A DNA stretch of 64,000 nucleotides from Burkholderiales bacterium (GCA_049802235.1 JBARMB010000050.1:23577-87576), one strand, 5' to 3'; numbered from the stretch's first letter, positions 23,667 to 33,158 are shown. Program-made: numbers and translations. Notes: generated by a model not told the origin, from the letters alone.

Positions 23667-24162
23667 CAGGACGATGCCCCTGCCTGGCTAAGGCGCGACC
23701 TTCCTCGAGCACCTGGGGCGGTGGGCGCCACAGGTGACCGAGCGAAGCCCACCGTCCGATCCCGCGAGCTGGCCTCGCACGCGAGCCTGCCGCTCACCTA
23801 TCATCCTGTTCCCGACAGCGCCTCCAGCGCACGCGAAGCGCCTGCGCGCTTGACGTGCTGCGCCTGGCGACTGCATGACTTGCCGCAACGCCCGTTGCGA
23901 AGCGCCCGGGAGCGCCGCTCCGGCTGCCGAAACGCGCACCGGCAACCCGGATCGAACACAACCGGGTGCGCGGGCACCGATCAGGCTTCGCTGCAAGGTT
24001 ACACCCGCAGGGCACGTCGGCAACGGGCAGATTGAATCTCTTATCTTTTTTTCCCGCTCCCCGATTGAATCATTCGGGGACAGGTTTCACGGGAATGGCG
24101 GAGCACCGGCCGCCTCGGCGCTACGCGCCACCCTCCTCCATGATGAGGGGAAAGAAATCCGC

Positions 24163-24190
24163 AATAAAAAAGCCCGCATTCGCGGGCTTT
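24163..24190 (-). terminator. Intrinsic terminator of the desaturase gene (also reads as a terminator on the + strand)
   Basis: AGCCCGC-loop-GCGGGCT with an A-run on the plus side (a T-run for the minus transcript) and TTTTCT on the other side. Confidence 0.65.
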
Positions 24191-24196
24191 TCTGGG

Positions 24197-24214
24197 TTCC
24201 CGCTTGCGCGGGAA
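24197..24214. repeat. REP-like palindromic element TTCCC-N8-GGGAA (single copy in this window)
   Basis: TTCCCGCTTGCGCGGGAATGACGG lies between the desaturase stop and its terminator. It resembles the ATTCCC-N8-GGGAAT small-repeat class known from Neisseria genomes (recalled, not searched). Confidence 0.35.
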
Positions 24215-24227
24215 TGACGGCACTGCG

Positions 24228-25415
24228 CTACGCGTAGCAGCGCAGCCTTTGCGAGAATTCCACCAGCGGCCGGATGCCGCTCGCTTCGGCGCGGTGGCAC
24301 CAGTCCTGCAACTGCTTGACCAGTTGATCTCTCGAAGCCGTGGAGCGCCCCCACAGCGCGGCAAGCTCAGTGCGCATCGAATAGACCGTGTGCAGCTCGC
24401 GCGACTTCGACAGCACTTCGGCGAGCTTGACGCGCTCCGTGTCGCACAGCGACTTCTCGTCGCGGTGCAGCCAGCGCTTCAGGCTTTGCAGAACGTGCGC
24501 GTCCTGGGGCGAGAAGCGCCGCAGCTTGCCGAGCTCCTCGGCGTAGGTACGCTTGAGCGACTTGGCGTATTTCGCCAGCACATCGTAGCGGTGGGTGATG
24601 ACCGCCTGCAGCGTCTCGGCGTCGACCGCCGGCTTGGCTGCGGTGAAGCGCGGCGTCGGCGCGATCTTCTTCACCTGCGCCAGACCCAGCGCTTCGAGGA
24701 TACGGATGTACATCCAGCCGATATCGAACTCGTACCATTTGTTGGAGAGCTTGGCCGACGTAGCGAACGCATGGTGGTTGTTGTGCAGCTCCTCGCCGCC
24801 GATGAGGATGCCCAGCGGCACGATGTTGGTGCTGGCGTCCTCGCTGGACCAGTTGCGATAGCCCCAGTAGTGGCCGATGCCGTTGATGACGCCGGCGGCC
24901 CAGAACGGGATCCAGGCAATCTGCGTGAGGAGGATCAGCACCCCCGGCACGATGCCGAAGAGCACGACGTCCGTGACACCCATCATGGTGATGCCGAGTA
25001 TCACGTAGCGGGAATAGATGTTTCGCTCGAGCCAGTCGTCGGGCGTGCCATGGCCGTAGCGCTCTATGGTTTCGCGGTTGTACGCCTCTTTCACGTACAG
25101 GAGCACACCGCCCCAGAGCACGCGGTTGATGCCGTAGATCTGCGGGCTGTGCGGATCTTCCGGCGTTTCGCACTTGGCGTGGTGTTTACGGTGGATCGCG
25201 GCCCACTCCTTGGTCACCATGCCCGTCGTCATCCACAGCCACAGGCGGAAGAAGTGGCTCGCCAGGGGATGCAGGTCGAGCGCGCGGTGTGCCTGGCAGC
25301 GGTGCAGAAACACCGTGACGCCGACGATGGTGATGTGCGTCAGGACGAGGGCGGCGGCGACGTAACCCCACCAGGGAAAGTCGAACACGCCGGCAAATAC
25401 AGGGTAGGAATCCAT
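24228..25415 (-). CDS. Membrane fatty-acid (acyl-CoA/acyl-lipid delta-9-like) desaturase
   Basis: 395 aa with His boxes HRCQAH, HRKHHAKCETPEDPHSP and HNNHHAF and 4 TM segments. AAGAGGA RBS. Confidence 0.9.
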   Translation of the reverse strand: MDSYPVFAGVFDFPWWGYVAAALVLTHITIVGVTVFLHRCQAHRALDLHPLASHFFRLWLWMTTGMVTKEWAAIHRKHHAKCETPEDPHSPQIYGINRVLWGGVLLYVKEAYNRETIERYGHGTPDDWLERNIYSRYVILGITMMGVTDVVLFGIVPGVLILLTQIAWIPFWAAGVINGIGHYWGYRNWSSEDASTNIVPLGILIGGEELHNNHHAFATSAKLSNKWYEFDIGWMYIRILEALGLAQVKKIAPTPRFTAAKPAVDAETLQAVITHRYDVLAKYAKSLKRTYAEELGKLRRFSPQDAHVLQSLKRWLHRDEKSLCDTERVKLAEVLSKSRELHTVYSMRTELAALWGRSTASRDQLVKQLQDWCHRAEASGIRPLVEFSQRLRCYA

Positions 25416-25572
25416 CAGAGTCCTCTTATAATTGCCGCGGATTCTACGTTAATTTCGACAACGCGCAAGTGAAATTTCGACAACCCGCAAGTAAAATTTC
25501 AATATGCGGGCGGCACTCCGGAAAATCAAGCGCTTGCGCCAGGTTTTGGTGGTGCCGGCGGGAACGAATGCT

Positions 25573-26829
25573 TCACGCTGCGCGCTCGAAAACAGCGGCG
25601 AAAAAACCGTCGGTCCCGTGCTGGTGCGGCCAGAGTTCGAGGTGCTCGCCCATGTCCAGATCTATGCGTTCCTTTTTCAGAACGTCGCCCGCCGGAAGTA
25701 GCCGGAAGTGCGGATGCCGGGCGAGAAAAGCTTCTGCCACCTGACGGTTTTCCTCATCGAGGATGCTGCAGGTCGCATAAACCAGCCGCCCGCCGGGCTT
25801 GAGCAGCCGCGCGGCGCCGGCAAGAATGCCCTGCTGCTTCTGCACCATCGCGACCACGTCCTCCGGGGTCTGGCGCCATTTCAAGTCGGGATTGCGGCGC
25901 AGCGTCCCGAGCCCGCTGCAGGGTGCATCCACCAGCACGCGGTCGATCTTGCCGGCGAGGCGCTTGACGTGCGTGTCGTTCTCGCCGTCGATGCGCTGCG
26001 GGTGGACGTTGGACAGCCCCGAGCGCGCCAGGCGCGGCTTGAGCTTCGCCAGGCGTTTGAGGGAAACGTCGAACGCATACAGGCGCCCGGTCGAGCGCAT
26101 CAGCATGCCGAGCGCAAGCGTCTTGCCGCCGGCGCCGGCGCAGAAGTCCACCACCATCTCGCCGCGCTTCGGTGCCACCAGATAGCAAAGCAGCTGGCTG
26201 CCCTCGTCTTGGACTTCGACCGCGCCTTCCAGGAACAGGGGGTGGCGGTTGATCGGCGGCTTTCCGGCAAGCCGGACGCCGGCCGGCGAATAAGGCGTCG
26301 CCTCGGCGGGCATTCCCTCGGCGACGAGTCGCTCGATTACCGCCTCGCGCGAGGTCTTCAGGAGATTGACGCGTAAGTCGAGCGGCGCGCTCTGATTCAG
26401 GCCCACGGCGATTTCGAGCAGCGCGGCATCGTCAAAGCGGGACCGCAGCCGTTCGATCACCCAGTCGGGAAGATCGCACTCGACCTCCAGCGGCTGGGGC
26501 GCATGCGCTTCATGCTTGACCGACGTGAGCCACTGGGCCTCCCCGCCACGCGTCCACGCCTCGAGCTCGCGCAAGTTTGCGCCGAGCAGCGTCGCCCAGG
26601 TCGCCAGCACCAGTCGTCGCGGGGAGCGCGTCGCCGCGATCCGCCCGAGCAGCCGGCGCCGGCGCAGCGCCGCGTAGACGGATTCGGCGATCACGGCGCG
26701 ATCCCGCTGACCCAGGTTCGGATGCGCGCGGAAAAACGCCGATAGAGCCGAGTCAGCCGGGCACTCGAGCGGCAGCACGGCGGCGAACGCTGCGGTGCAG
26801 TCTTCCAGCAACGGACGGGAGAAACGCAT
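25573..26829 (-). CDS. RsmB/Sun-family rRNA (cytosine-C5) methyltransferase
   Basis: 418 aa with SAM site VVDFCAGAGGKT and catalytic motifs DRVLVDAPCSGLGTLRRNPD and VYATCS. Confidence 0.85.
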   Translation of the reverse strand: MRFSRPLLEDCTAAFAAVLPLECPADSALSAFFRAHPNLGQRDRAVIAESVYAALRRRRLLGRIAATRSPRRLVLATWATLLGANLRELEAWTRGGEAQWLTSVKHEAHAPQPLEVECDLPDWVIERLRSRFDDAALLEIAVGLNQSAPLDLRVNLLKTSREAVIERLVAEGMPAEATPYSPAGVRLAGKPPINRHPLFLEGAVEVQDEGSQLLCYLVAPKRGEMVVDFCAGAGGKTLALGMLMRSTGRLYAFDVSLKRLAKLKPRLARSGLSNVHPQRIDGENDTHVKRLAGKIDRVLVDAPCSGLGTLRRNPDLKWRQTPEDVVAMVQKQQGILAGAARLLKPGGRLVYATCSILDEENRQVAEAFLARHPHFRLLPAGDVLKKERIDLDMGEHLELWPHQHGTDGFFAAVFERAA

Positions 26830-27533
26830 CAGGGCGCGACGTGGGTGACGAACTGATCGTCGCGCGTGCCATCCTTGTCCACCACCAGGACGCGTACCGG
26901 CAGGTAATTGCGACCACTGGCAAACCAGATATCCGTCGCCTTGTCGTCCGGGCCGTCGCGTTGCTTGGACAAGTGCAGGGCCTGAATCTCGCCCATCGGC
27001 GTCGGGAGTATTTCCGTGCCGACGATAATGAAGCGAAACGGCGTCAGGCCGCGTCCATTGACGCGCGTCACCTGGATATCCTTACCCCGGGGGAGCGCGA
27101 AAGCAAAGCTGTATGCCATGCTGAGCTCGTCCTGCGGCGCCGCCGGCATCGGCTGCGTCTCCGACTTGCCGTCGCGCTCCTGCGTCAGCGTGCGCCCGCC
27201 CCAGTCGAATTTTGCAATCGTCTCCGGCTTGCCGAAACGTTTTTCGCGGAACTCGACGGGCTGCAGGCCCTGCGGCGTGATATTGCCGCGGCTCGCGCGC
27301 CTCAACAATACGCCCAGCGGCGCGAATAGGCCTCTGCCGCGCGTTTCGGATGAAATCCTGTAGGTCTTGCCGTCATGTTCAATTGTCTCGACCACGCTCC
27401 CCACGACCGAGCCGTTGCGGCTCAGGTCGTATTCAAGAGTGACTTTCTGCGGCGGTATCGCCCGAGCTGCGACACCCCACAAGATCAGCGCCGCAAACAA
27501 GATGCCGCGCGACGGGGTCGGGATGAGATTCAT
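26829..27533 (-). CDS. DUF3108 domain-containing secreted protein
   Basis: 234 aa with a signal peptide and a beta-rich pattern (LEYDLSRNGSVVGSVVETIEHDGKTYRISSETRG). ATGA-type overlaps with both neighbours. Confidence 0.75.
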   Translation of the reverse strand: MNLIPTPSRGILFAALILWGVAARAIPPQKVTLEYDLSRNGSVVGSVVETIEHDGKTYRISSETRGRGLFAPLGVLLRRASRGNITPQGLQPVEFREKRFGKPETIAKFDWGGRTLTQERDGKSETQPMPAAPQDELSMAYSFAFALPRGKDIQVTRVNGRGLTPFRFIIVGTEILPTPMGEIQALHLSKQRDGPDDKATDIWFASGRNYLPVRVLVVDKDGTRDDQFVTHVAP

Positions 27534-28156
27534 TCTTCGGAAAACAGCGATTGCCTGTCGTCATCCCCGATAACGCGCACGACCCCATTGTCGATGACCA
27601 GCCGATCTTCGACGAACCAGCGCAGCGCGAGCGGGTAGATGCGGTGCTCCTGGCGCAGCACCCGCGCCGCGAGCGACTCTTCCGTATCGCCTGCGCGCAC
27701 CGGCACCGCAGCCTGGATGACGATGGGACCGTGATCGAGATCCGGCGTCACGAAGTGCACGCTGCAGCCGTGCACCTTGACGCCCTCATCGAGCGCGCGC
27801 CGGTGCGTATGCAGCCCCGGAAACGCCGGCAGGAGCGAAGGGTGGATGTTGAGCAGCCGTCCGTCGTAGCGGCGCACGAACTCCGGCGTGAGGATGCGCA
27901 TGAAACCGGCCAGCGCAACGAGCTCGGGCGCGTGCCGGTCGATCGCTTCGGCGAGCGCGACATCGAAAGCCAGACGCGAAGCGAATTTGCGGTGCTCGAT
28001 TACCGCCGTGGGAATGCCCTGCTGCGCGGCGAAATTCAGCCCGGCAGCGTCGGCACGGTTGCTAATCACCGCGGCGACACGGGTGGGCAGTCCGGCACGG
28101 ACGATCGCTTCCATGTTGCTGCCGCGGCCGGAAATCAGGATGACGATGGACTTCAT
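27530..28156 (-). CDS. purN: Phosphoribosylglycinamide formyltransferase
   Basis: ILISGRGSNMEAI...LNIHPSLLP...HGCSVHFVTPDLDHGPII. Confidence 0.95.
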   Translation of the reverse strand: MKSIVILISGRGSNMEAIVRAGLPTRVAAVISNRADAAGLNFAAQQGIPTAVIEHRKFASRLAFDVALAEAIDRHAPELVALAGFMRILTPEFVRRYDGRLLNIHPSLLPAFPGLHTHRRALDEGVKVHGCSVHFVTPDLDHGPIVIQAAVPVRAGDTEESLAARVLRQEHRIYPLALRWFVEDRLVIDNGVVRVIGDDDRQSLFSEE

Positions 28157-28377
28157 CCGCGTATTTTACCGGACTGCCGCGAAGCGCCCTGGTAAATCGT
28201 GAATCGGAATTGGTAAATCGAGGTACGCCAAGCCCGGCTAAACCTGCGCTTTACGATTTACGCCTCACCTTCAATACACCCGCTCGAGCCGATAACCTTG
28301 CTTGCCGATCAGGGCGAGGATTACGCGCTCGCCGAAGAGGTGGTTGGCGCCGAGGAGCAGGCACAGCGCCCGTGGGG

Positions 28378-30195
28378 TCACGCGCCGTCTCTCGAATCGG
28401 CGGGTTTTTCACGCACGGCGCCGGTTCTTCCCGCCGGGGCGACCACGTCGGCCTCGAACAGCTCGCGCAACTGCTCCGCCGCCTCGCGCGCGGTCTGGAT
28501 CAGCTGGGCTTCGTCGTGACGCACCGCGTATTGCGCATCGAGCTGTTCCTCGTCAGATTGCCTGAACAGGCTGATTGCGCGCTCGGTCGCGGATGCGGCC
28601 AGGCCGAGCCGCAGCAAGGCAAGGCGCGCCATGTCGAGGCTCGCCGGAAAGGCCTCGCGGAAAATGTTGCGAACGCCGAGATCGCGCAGACGAAAGTGAT
28701 GCACGCGATTGCGCGCACGCGCGATGATCGGCAGGCCGGGAAAGTGCCTGCGCACGACGGCAGCGGTTTTCACCGAGGCTTCGACGTCGTCGATTGCAAG
28801 CACCAACAGCTTCGCCTCGCCTGTCTTGGCCGCCTGAAGCAGTTCCAGCCGCGAAGCGTCGCCGTAATAGACTTTACCGCCGAAGCGGCGCACAAAATCC
28901 ACCTGCTGATAGCTTGCCTCGAGCGCGGTAAATGGAATGCCGCTCATTCGCAGTACGCGCGAGATGATCTGCCCCACCCGGCCGTATCCCGCGATGATCA
29001 CCGGATTTCCGGGCCCGTCGATGGCGTCGTACTCGGGCTCGTCGCGGCGCGCGAGCCAAGGGTCGATTACCCGATCCTGAACCGCGAACAGAACCGGCGC
29101 GAGCAACATCGAAACCGTCACGATCAGCACCAGCACCTGGGCGGTATTTCCGTCCATCACACCGAGCGCGGCGGCAAGCGAGAACAGCACGAATGCGAAT
29201 TCGCCCCCCTGAGCCAGCGCCACGGCGAGTCGCAACGCCGCGTCGGGGGCGGCACCCGCAAGGCGCGAGAGAACGAACATCAGCGCTAGCTTCGCCGCGA
29301 TCAGAAGCGACGCCAGCCCGAGGACTGCAAGCGGACGCTCGACGAACAGTCCGAGGTCGGCACTCATGCCTACTGCGATGAAGAACAGGCCGAGGAGCAG
29401 ACCCTTGAAGGGCTCGATGTCAGCCTCGAGCTCGTGGCGAAACTCGGAATCGGCCAGCAAAACGCCGGCGAGAAATGCGCCCAGGGACATCGGCAGGCCG
29501 ATCCATGTCATGACGAGTGCAGCACCTACCACCAGCAGCAACGCCGCAGCGGTGAAGACTTCGCGCCCGCCGTACTGCGCGATCACCTTGAGTGCCGGCC
29601 TGACGGCGAGCCGGCTGCCGGCCACCACGACGGCGATCACCGCGACTCCCTTGGCCGCAGCGAACCAGCCACCCGCCGCCCCGCCGGAGTCGCCGAGCAA
29701 CGGCAGCAACGCGAGCAGCGGAATCACCGAAAGGTCCTGAAACAGCAATACGGCGAACGCCTCGCGGCCGTAACGCGCGGCGAGCTGGCCGCGTCCGGCA
29801 AGTGAGGTCAGCACTATTGCCGTCGAGGACATGGCAAGACCGAGCCCGGCAACGATTGCGGCACGCCAATCGAGCCCGAACGGCAATGCGGCCGCAGCCA
29901 GTACAAACCCGGTCGACACGACTTGCGCGCCACCGAGTCCGAACACCGGCCGGCGCAGTACCCAGAGTCGGCGGGGCTCGAGCTCGAGGCCGATCAGGAA
30001 CAACAGCATCACGACGCCGAACTCGGCAAGTTCCATCGTGCTGCCGATTTCGCCGGCTATACCGAGACCCCAGGGGCCGATCAGCATGCCTGCGGCAAGA
30101 TACCCCAGCACGGCGCCGAGCCCGAGCCGCTGGAACAGCGGCACCAGCAGGACCGCGGTGAGAAGGAAGATTGCCGCCTGTTCCAACAGATGCAT
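28378..30195 (-). CDS. kefC: Glutathione-regulated K+-efflux / CPA2 monovalent cation:proton antiporter with a C-terminal KTN domain
   Basis: 605 aa. A roughly 13-TM Na+/H+-exchanger domain is followed by the Rossmann segment VIIAGYGRVGQIISRVL. Confidence 0.88.
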   Translation of the reverse strand: MHLLEQAAIFLLTAVLLVPLFQRLGLGAVLGYLAAGMLIGPWGLGIAGEIGSTMELAEFGVVMLLFLIGLELEPRRLWVLRRPVFGLGGAQVVSTGFVLAAAALPFGLDWRAAIVAGLGLAMSSTAIVLTSLAGRGQLAARYGREAFAVLLFQDLSVIPLLALLPLLGDSGGAAGGWFAAAKGVAVIAVVVAGSRLAVRPALKVIAQYGGREVFTAAALLLVVGAALVMTWIGLPMSLGAFLAGVLLADSEFRHELEADIEPFKGLLLGLFFIAVGMSADLGLFVERPLAVLGLASLLIAAKLALMFVLSRLAGAAPDAALRLAVALAQGGEFAFVLFSLAAALGVMDGNTAQVLVLIVTVSMLLAPVLFAVQDRVIDPWLARRDEPEYDAIDGPGNPVIIAGYGRVGQIISRVLRMSGIPFTALEASYQQVDFVRRFGGKVYYGDASRLELLQAAKTGEAKLLVLAIDDVEASVKTAAVVRRHFPGLPIIARARNRVHHFRLRDLGVRNIFREAFPASLDMARLALLRLGLAASATERAISLFRQSDEEQLDAQYAVRHDEAQLIQTAREAAEQLRELFEADVVAPAGRTGAVREKPADSRDGA

Positions 30196-30270
30196 TGATC
30201 GACTCCCGCAACAACACCCGTAGGGCCACTTACACGAGCGCGGCCCGCGATCCTGCCTCCGGACCGTCTC

Positions 30271-30852
30271 TTACCGGCGTGCGGCGACCCCGCCGGTGAC
30301 TTCGACCAGCCGCCGCGCAATGGCAGCGACCGAAGCTTGCTGCTTGAGGTCCTTCAGTTCGCCGTCCTCGTCAAACGCATCATCAGCCCGCGGCAGCAGG
30401 AACTGCTCGGCGAGCACCAGCACGTTGAGTGTCTGCAGGATCGCGCGCAACGCAACCAGTCCCCGCATGCCGCCGAATGCGCCTGGCGAGGCCGCCATCA
30501 GCGCCGCGACTTTCTCCCGGTAGGGAACGAGGCCATTCTGCCCGCCGTCGGGACGGGAGATCCAGTCGAGAGTGTTTTTCAGCAGCGCGGACACCGAAGC
30601 ATTGTTCTCGGGCGACACGATCAGCAGTCCCTGGTGCTCGATGAAAAGCGCCTTCACCTTGCGCGCGTTCTGCGGCACGCCTTCCCGGTCCTCGATATCG
30701 CCGTGATACAGCGGCATCGGGTAGTCGTCGAGGTCGATCAGGGTCACGCTGGCGCCGGCCTCGGTCGCTGTCCGTGCCGCGACGCGCGCGAGCCGTTTGT
30801 TGAGCGAATCGCGGCGCGCGCTGCCGGCGAATACCAGAATCCTTGGTGTCAT
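30271..30852 (-). CDS. NADPH-dependent FMN reductase-family flavoprotein
   Basis: 193 aa from ATG 30852, MTPRILVFAGSARRDSLNKRLA...LLIVSPENNASVSALLKNTLDW. The longer track ORF adds a Cys/Arg-rich non-homologous leader. Confidence 0.85.
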   Translation of the reverse strand: MTPRILVFAGSARRDSLNKRLARVAARTATEAGASVTLIDLDDYPMPLYHGDIEDREGVPQNARKVKALFIEHQGLLIVSPENNASVSALLKNTLDWISRPDGGQNGLVPYREKVAALMAASPGAFGGMRGLVALRAILQTLNVLVLAEQFLLPRADDAFDEDGELKDLKQQASVAAIARRLVEVTGGVAARR

Positions 30853-30967
30853 CGTCGAATCCCCTATACTGCGGCGAGCGCCCTCGGAACGGCACGTCGC
30901 CGGCACGCGGCGGTCCAGGTGCAGGCGACGCCGGCGAAGGCATCGCCTGCCCTCACGGTCGCCCCCA

Positions 30968-31693
30968 TCACGGCAAATCGAACAGCAGCACTTCCGCACC
31001 CGCGCCCTTTTCGAGCACGATCTTGGAGGTGTTGGCGGCTTTCAGCGCATCGCCGGCCTCGAGCGGCTGGCCGTTGACCGTGAGCCTGCCGCGTACGACG
31101 TGCACATAGGCGCGCCGACCGTCGGCCAATTTGTGCTCAACCCGCTCCGCGCCGTCGAGCAGCGCCGCGTACAGGCATGCATTCTGATGCATCGTCACTG
31201 AGCCGTCGCGGCCATCGGGCGAGACCACCAGCCGCAGCCGCCCGCGCTTAGATTGCGCGTCGAAGTGCTTCTGCTCGTAGCCCGGCGCGATGCCCATGAC
31301 GTTGGGCTCGATCCAGATCTGCAGGAAATGCGTGATGCCGTCTTTCGAGTAGTTGAATTCGCTGTGCATCACTCCCTTGCCGGCGCTCATGCGCTGCACG
31401 TCGCCCGGCACGATGGCAGAGCCGTTGCCCATGTTGTCCTTGTGCGCGAGCGCCCCGTCGAGCACGTAGCTGATGATCTCCATGTCGCGGTGCCCGTGGG
31501 TGCCGAAGCCGGTCCCCGGCTGGATGCGGTCCTCGTTGATCACGCGCAGCGCACCGAAGCCCATTTGCTCTGGATCGTAGTAGTCGGCGAAGGAAAAACT
31601 GTGGAAGGAGCGCAGCCAGCCGTGGTCGGCATAACCTCGGTCCTTGCCCTTGCGGATGTCCAGCATGATGTCGTCCTGGTGATTGGTTTTCAT
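30968..31693 (-). CDS. Pirin-family protein
   Basis: HGWLRSFHSFSFADYYDP...GFGTHGHRDMEIISYVLDGALAHKD is the bicupin signature. ATG at 31693. Confidence 0.9.
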   Translation of the reverse strand: MKTNHQDDIMLDIRKGKDRGYADHGWLRSFHSFSFADYYDPEQMGFGALRVINEDRIQPGTGFGTHGHRDMEIISYVLDGALAHKDNMGNGSAIVPGDVQRMSAGKGVMHSEFNYSKDGITHFLQIWIEPNVMGIAPGYEQKHFDAQSKRGRLRLVVSPDGRDGSVTMHQNACLYAALLDGAERVEHKLADGRRAYVHVVRGRLTVNGQPLEAGDALKAANTSKIVLEKGAGAEVLLFDLP

Positions 31694-31928
31694 GGATGCA
31701 GTGCGTGAAATATGGGGCACGCTGCAATGAAAGCAAGCAACTTTGAATTATATGTTAATTCAATTTGGAGGCCCTGCCACGGAGCGGGCCGCGACTGTAC
31801 CGCTTGAGAAGGCGGCGCATCACGCGCGCACCGCGCGGCGGGGCCGGCAGGTCCCACCACAGCGTCGGTACCGTTTCGGCGCAGCCGACGTGGCGTGGAT
31901 CGCCCGCCAGTCCCGCACCAGCTTGCCG

Positions 31929-32999
31929 TCAATGACCGTGCCGATGATGGATGTCCGGGTAATGAAAATGGTCGTGGCTGACGGGCTCATGCGCGTGCGG
32001 GTGCGTGTGCGGCTCGCTTCCGTCATAGTCGAAGTCGTGACGGTGCTGATGGTGCTCGTCGTGGGCGTGGCCATGCGTGTGCGTGACGAGATCGTGGAAG
32101 TGCGGGTGCTCGTGGCGCTCGGTAAGATGCAGCACGACACCCGCCCCCATGAGCACGGCTGCCATCCAGAACGCGAGATCGGGTGTTTCGCCGAGCAGAA
32201 TAAATGACAGCGCCGCACCCATGAACGGCGCAGTCGAGAAATAGGCGCCGGTTCTCGCCGTTCCGAGGTGACGCAGCGCCACGACGAACAGGACCAGGCT
32301 GATGCCGTATCCGGCCAATCCGACCGCGGTCGCCGCGGCGGCGTCCCTCAGCGCGGGCAACGCGGCCCCGAGCGCGACCGATATCGACAGGTTGACGGCA
32401 CCCGCGGCCAGGCCTTTGACTGCGGCGATTTTCACTGCATCGCCAGAGGAGATCCTGCGCGTGAGGTTGTTGTCGATCGCCCAGCACAGGCACGCCCCGG
32501 CAATCGCGAGCGCCGGCCAGGAGAAAGCGAAATCACCGGGCCGCCAACCGAGGAGCGCGCCGCCGCATACGATCAGGAACATGCCCAGCATGACGCGGCG
32601 GTCGAAATTCTCGCGGAACGCGAACCACGCGAGCAGCGCGGTGAACACGCCCTCGAGATTCAGCAGCAGCGATGCCGCCGATGCTGACGTCGCGGCGAGC
32701 CCGAGCATGAGCAACACCGGACCGATCACGCCGCCCGAGAGCACCGCGCCCGCGAGCCACCGGCAGTCGCCACGCGCGAGCGGCGCGGGCTGTGTCCCCT
32801 GTGCCGCGTGGCGCAGCAACATGAACGCGCTCAATCCCAGGCCCGAACCCGCGTAGAGCAGCCCGGCCAGCATCTCCGGCTCGATCCTGCCCGCGAGGAG
32901 CTTCGCGACCGGAATGCTGGCACCGAACAGCGCCGCCCCAGCAAGCGCGTGCCAGACGCCGGTTTTCACGGGATAGCGGCCACCGGCGCCTCCACGCAA
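31929..32999 (-). CDS. EamA/DMT-family transporter with a C-terminal His-rich tail
   Basis: About 10 TM segments in two EamA repeats. The last 67 residues contain 24 His (HEHPHFHDLVTHTHGHAHDEHHQHRHD...HTHPHAHEPVSHDHFHYPDIHHRHGH). The start is uncertain (TTG 32999 or GTG 32969). Confidence 0.8.
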   Translation of the reverse strand: MRGGAGGRYPVKTGVWHALAGAALFGASIPVAKLLAGRIEPEMLAGLLYAGSGLGLSAFMLLRHAAQGTQPAPLARGDCRWLAGAVLSGGVIGPVLLMLGLAATSASAASLLLNLEGVFTALLAWFAFRENFDRRVMLGMFLIVCGGALLGWRPGDFAFSWPALAIAGACLCWAIDNNLTRRISSGDAVKIAAVKGLAAGAVNLSISVALGAALPALRDAAAATAVGLAGYGISLVLFVVALRHLGTARTGAYFSTAPFMGAALSFILLGETPDLAFWMAAVLMGAGVVLHLTERHEHPHFHDLVTHTHGHAHDEHHQHRHDFDYDGSEPHTHPHAHEPVSHDHFHYPDIHHRHGH

Positions 33000-33158
33000 C
33001 AGGCACCCGCGGCGATCCGCCGCGCGCGACGATGCCGGCGTAACGCCCGGGGCACTTCAGGAAATTGCCGCGTTTTCAAGGTTCTGTGCTAGGATATCGA
33101 GCGGTTGACCGGATCGCGGTCGCCGAACTATTCATATAACACTCAGAGGGGAAATAGA

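Noticed and set aside
23661-24237. Track ORFs of 111-124 aa in the rpmG-desaturase gap
   Set aside because: They mutually overlap on both strands. Their translations are Arg/Ala/Pro/Cys-rich and they have no RBS. I could not support any of them as coding.
30853-30999. N-terminal extension of the FMN reductase ORF (MRKCCCSICRDGG...)
   Set aside because: The extension is Cys/Arg-rich and non-homologous and would overlap the pirin 3' end. Homology begins at MTPRILVF (ATG 30852).
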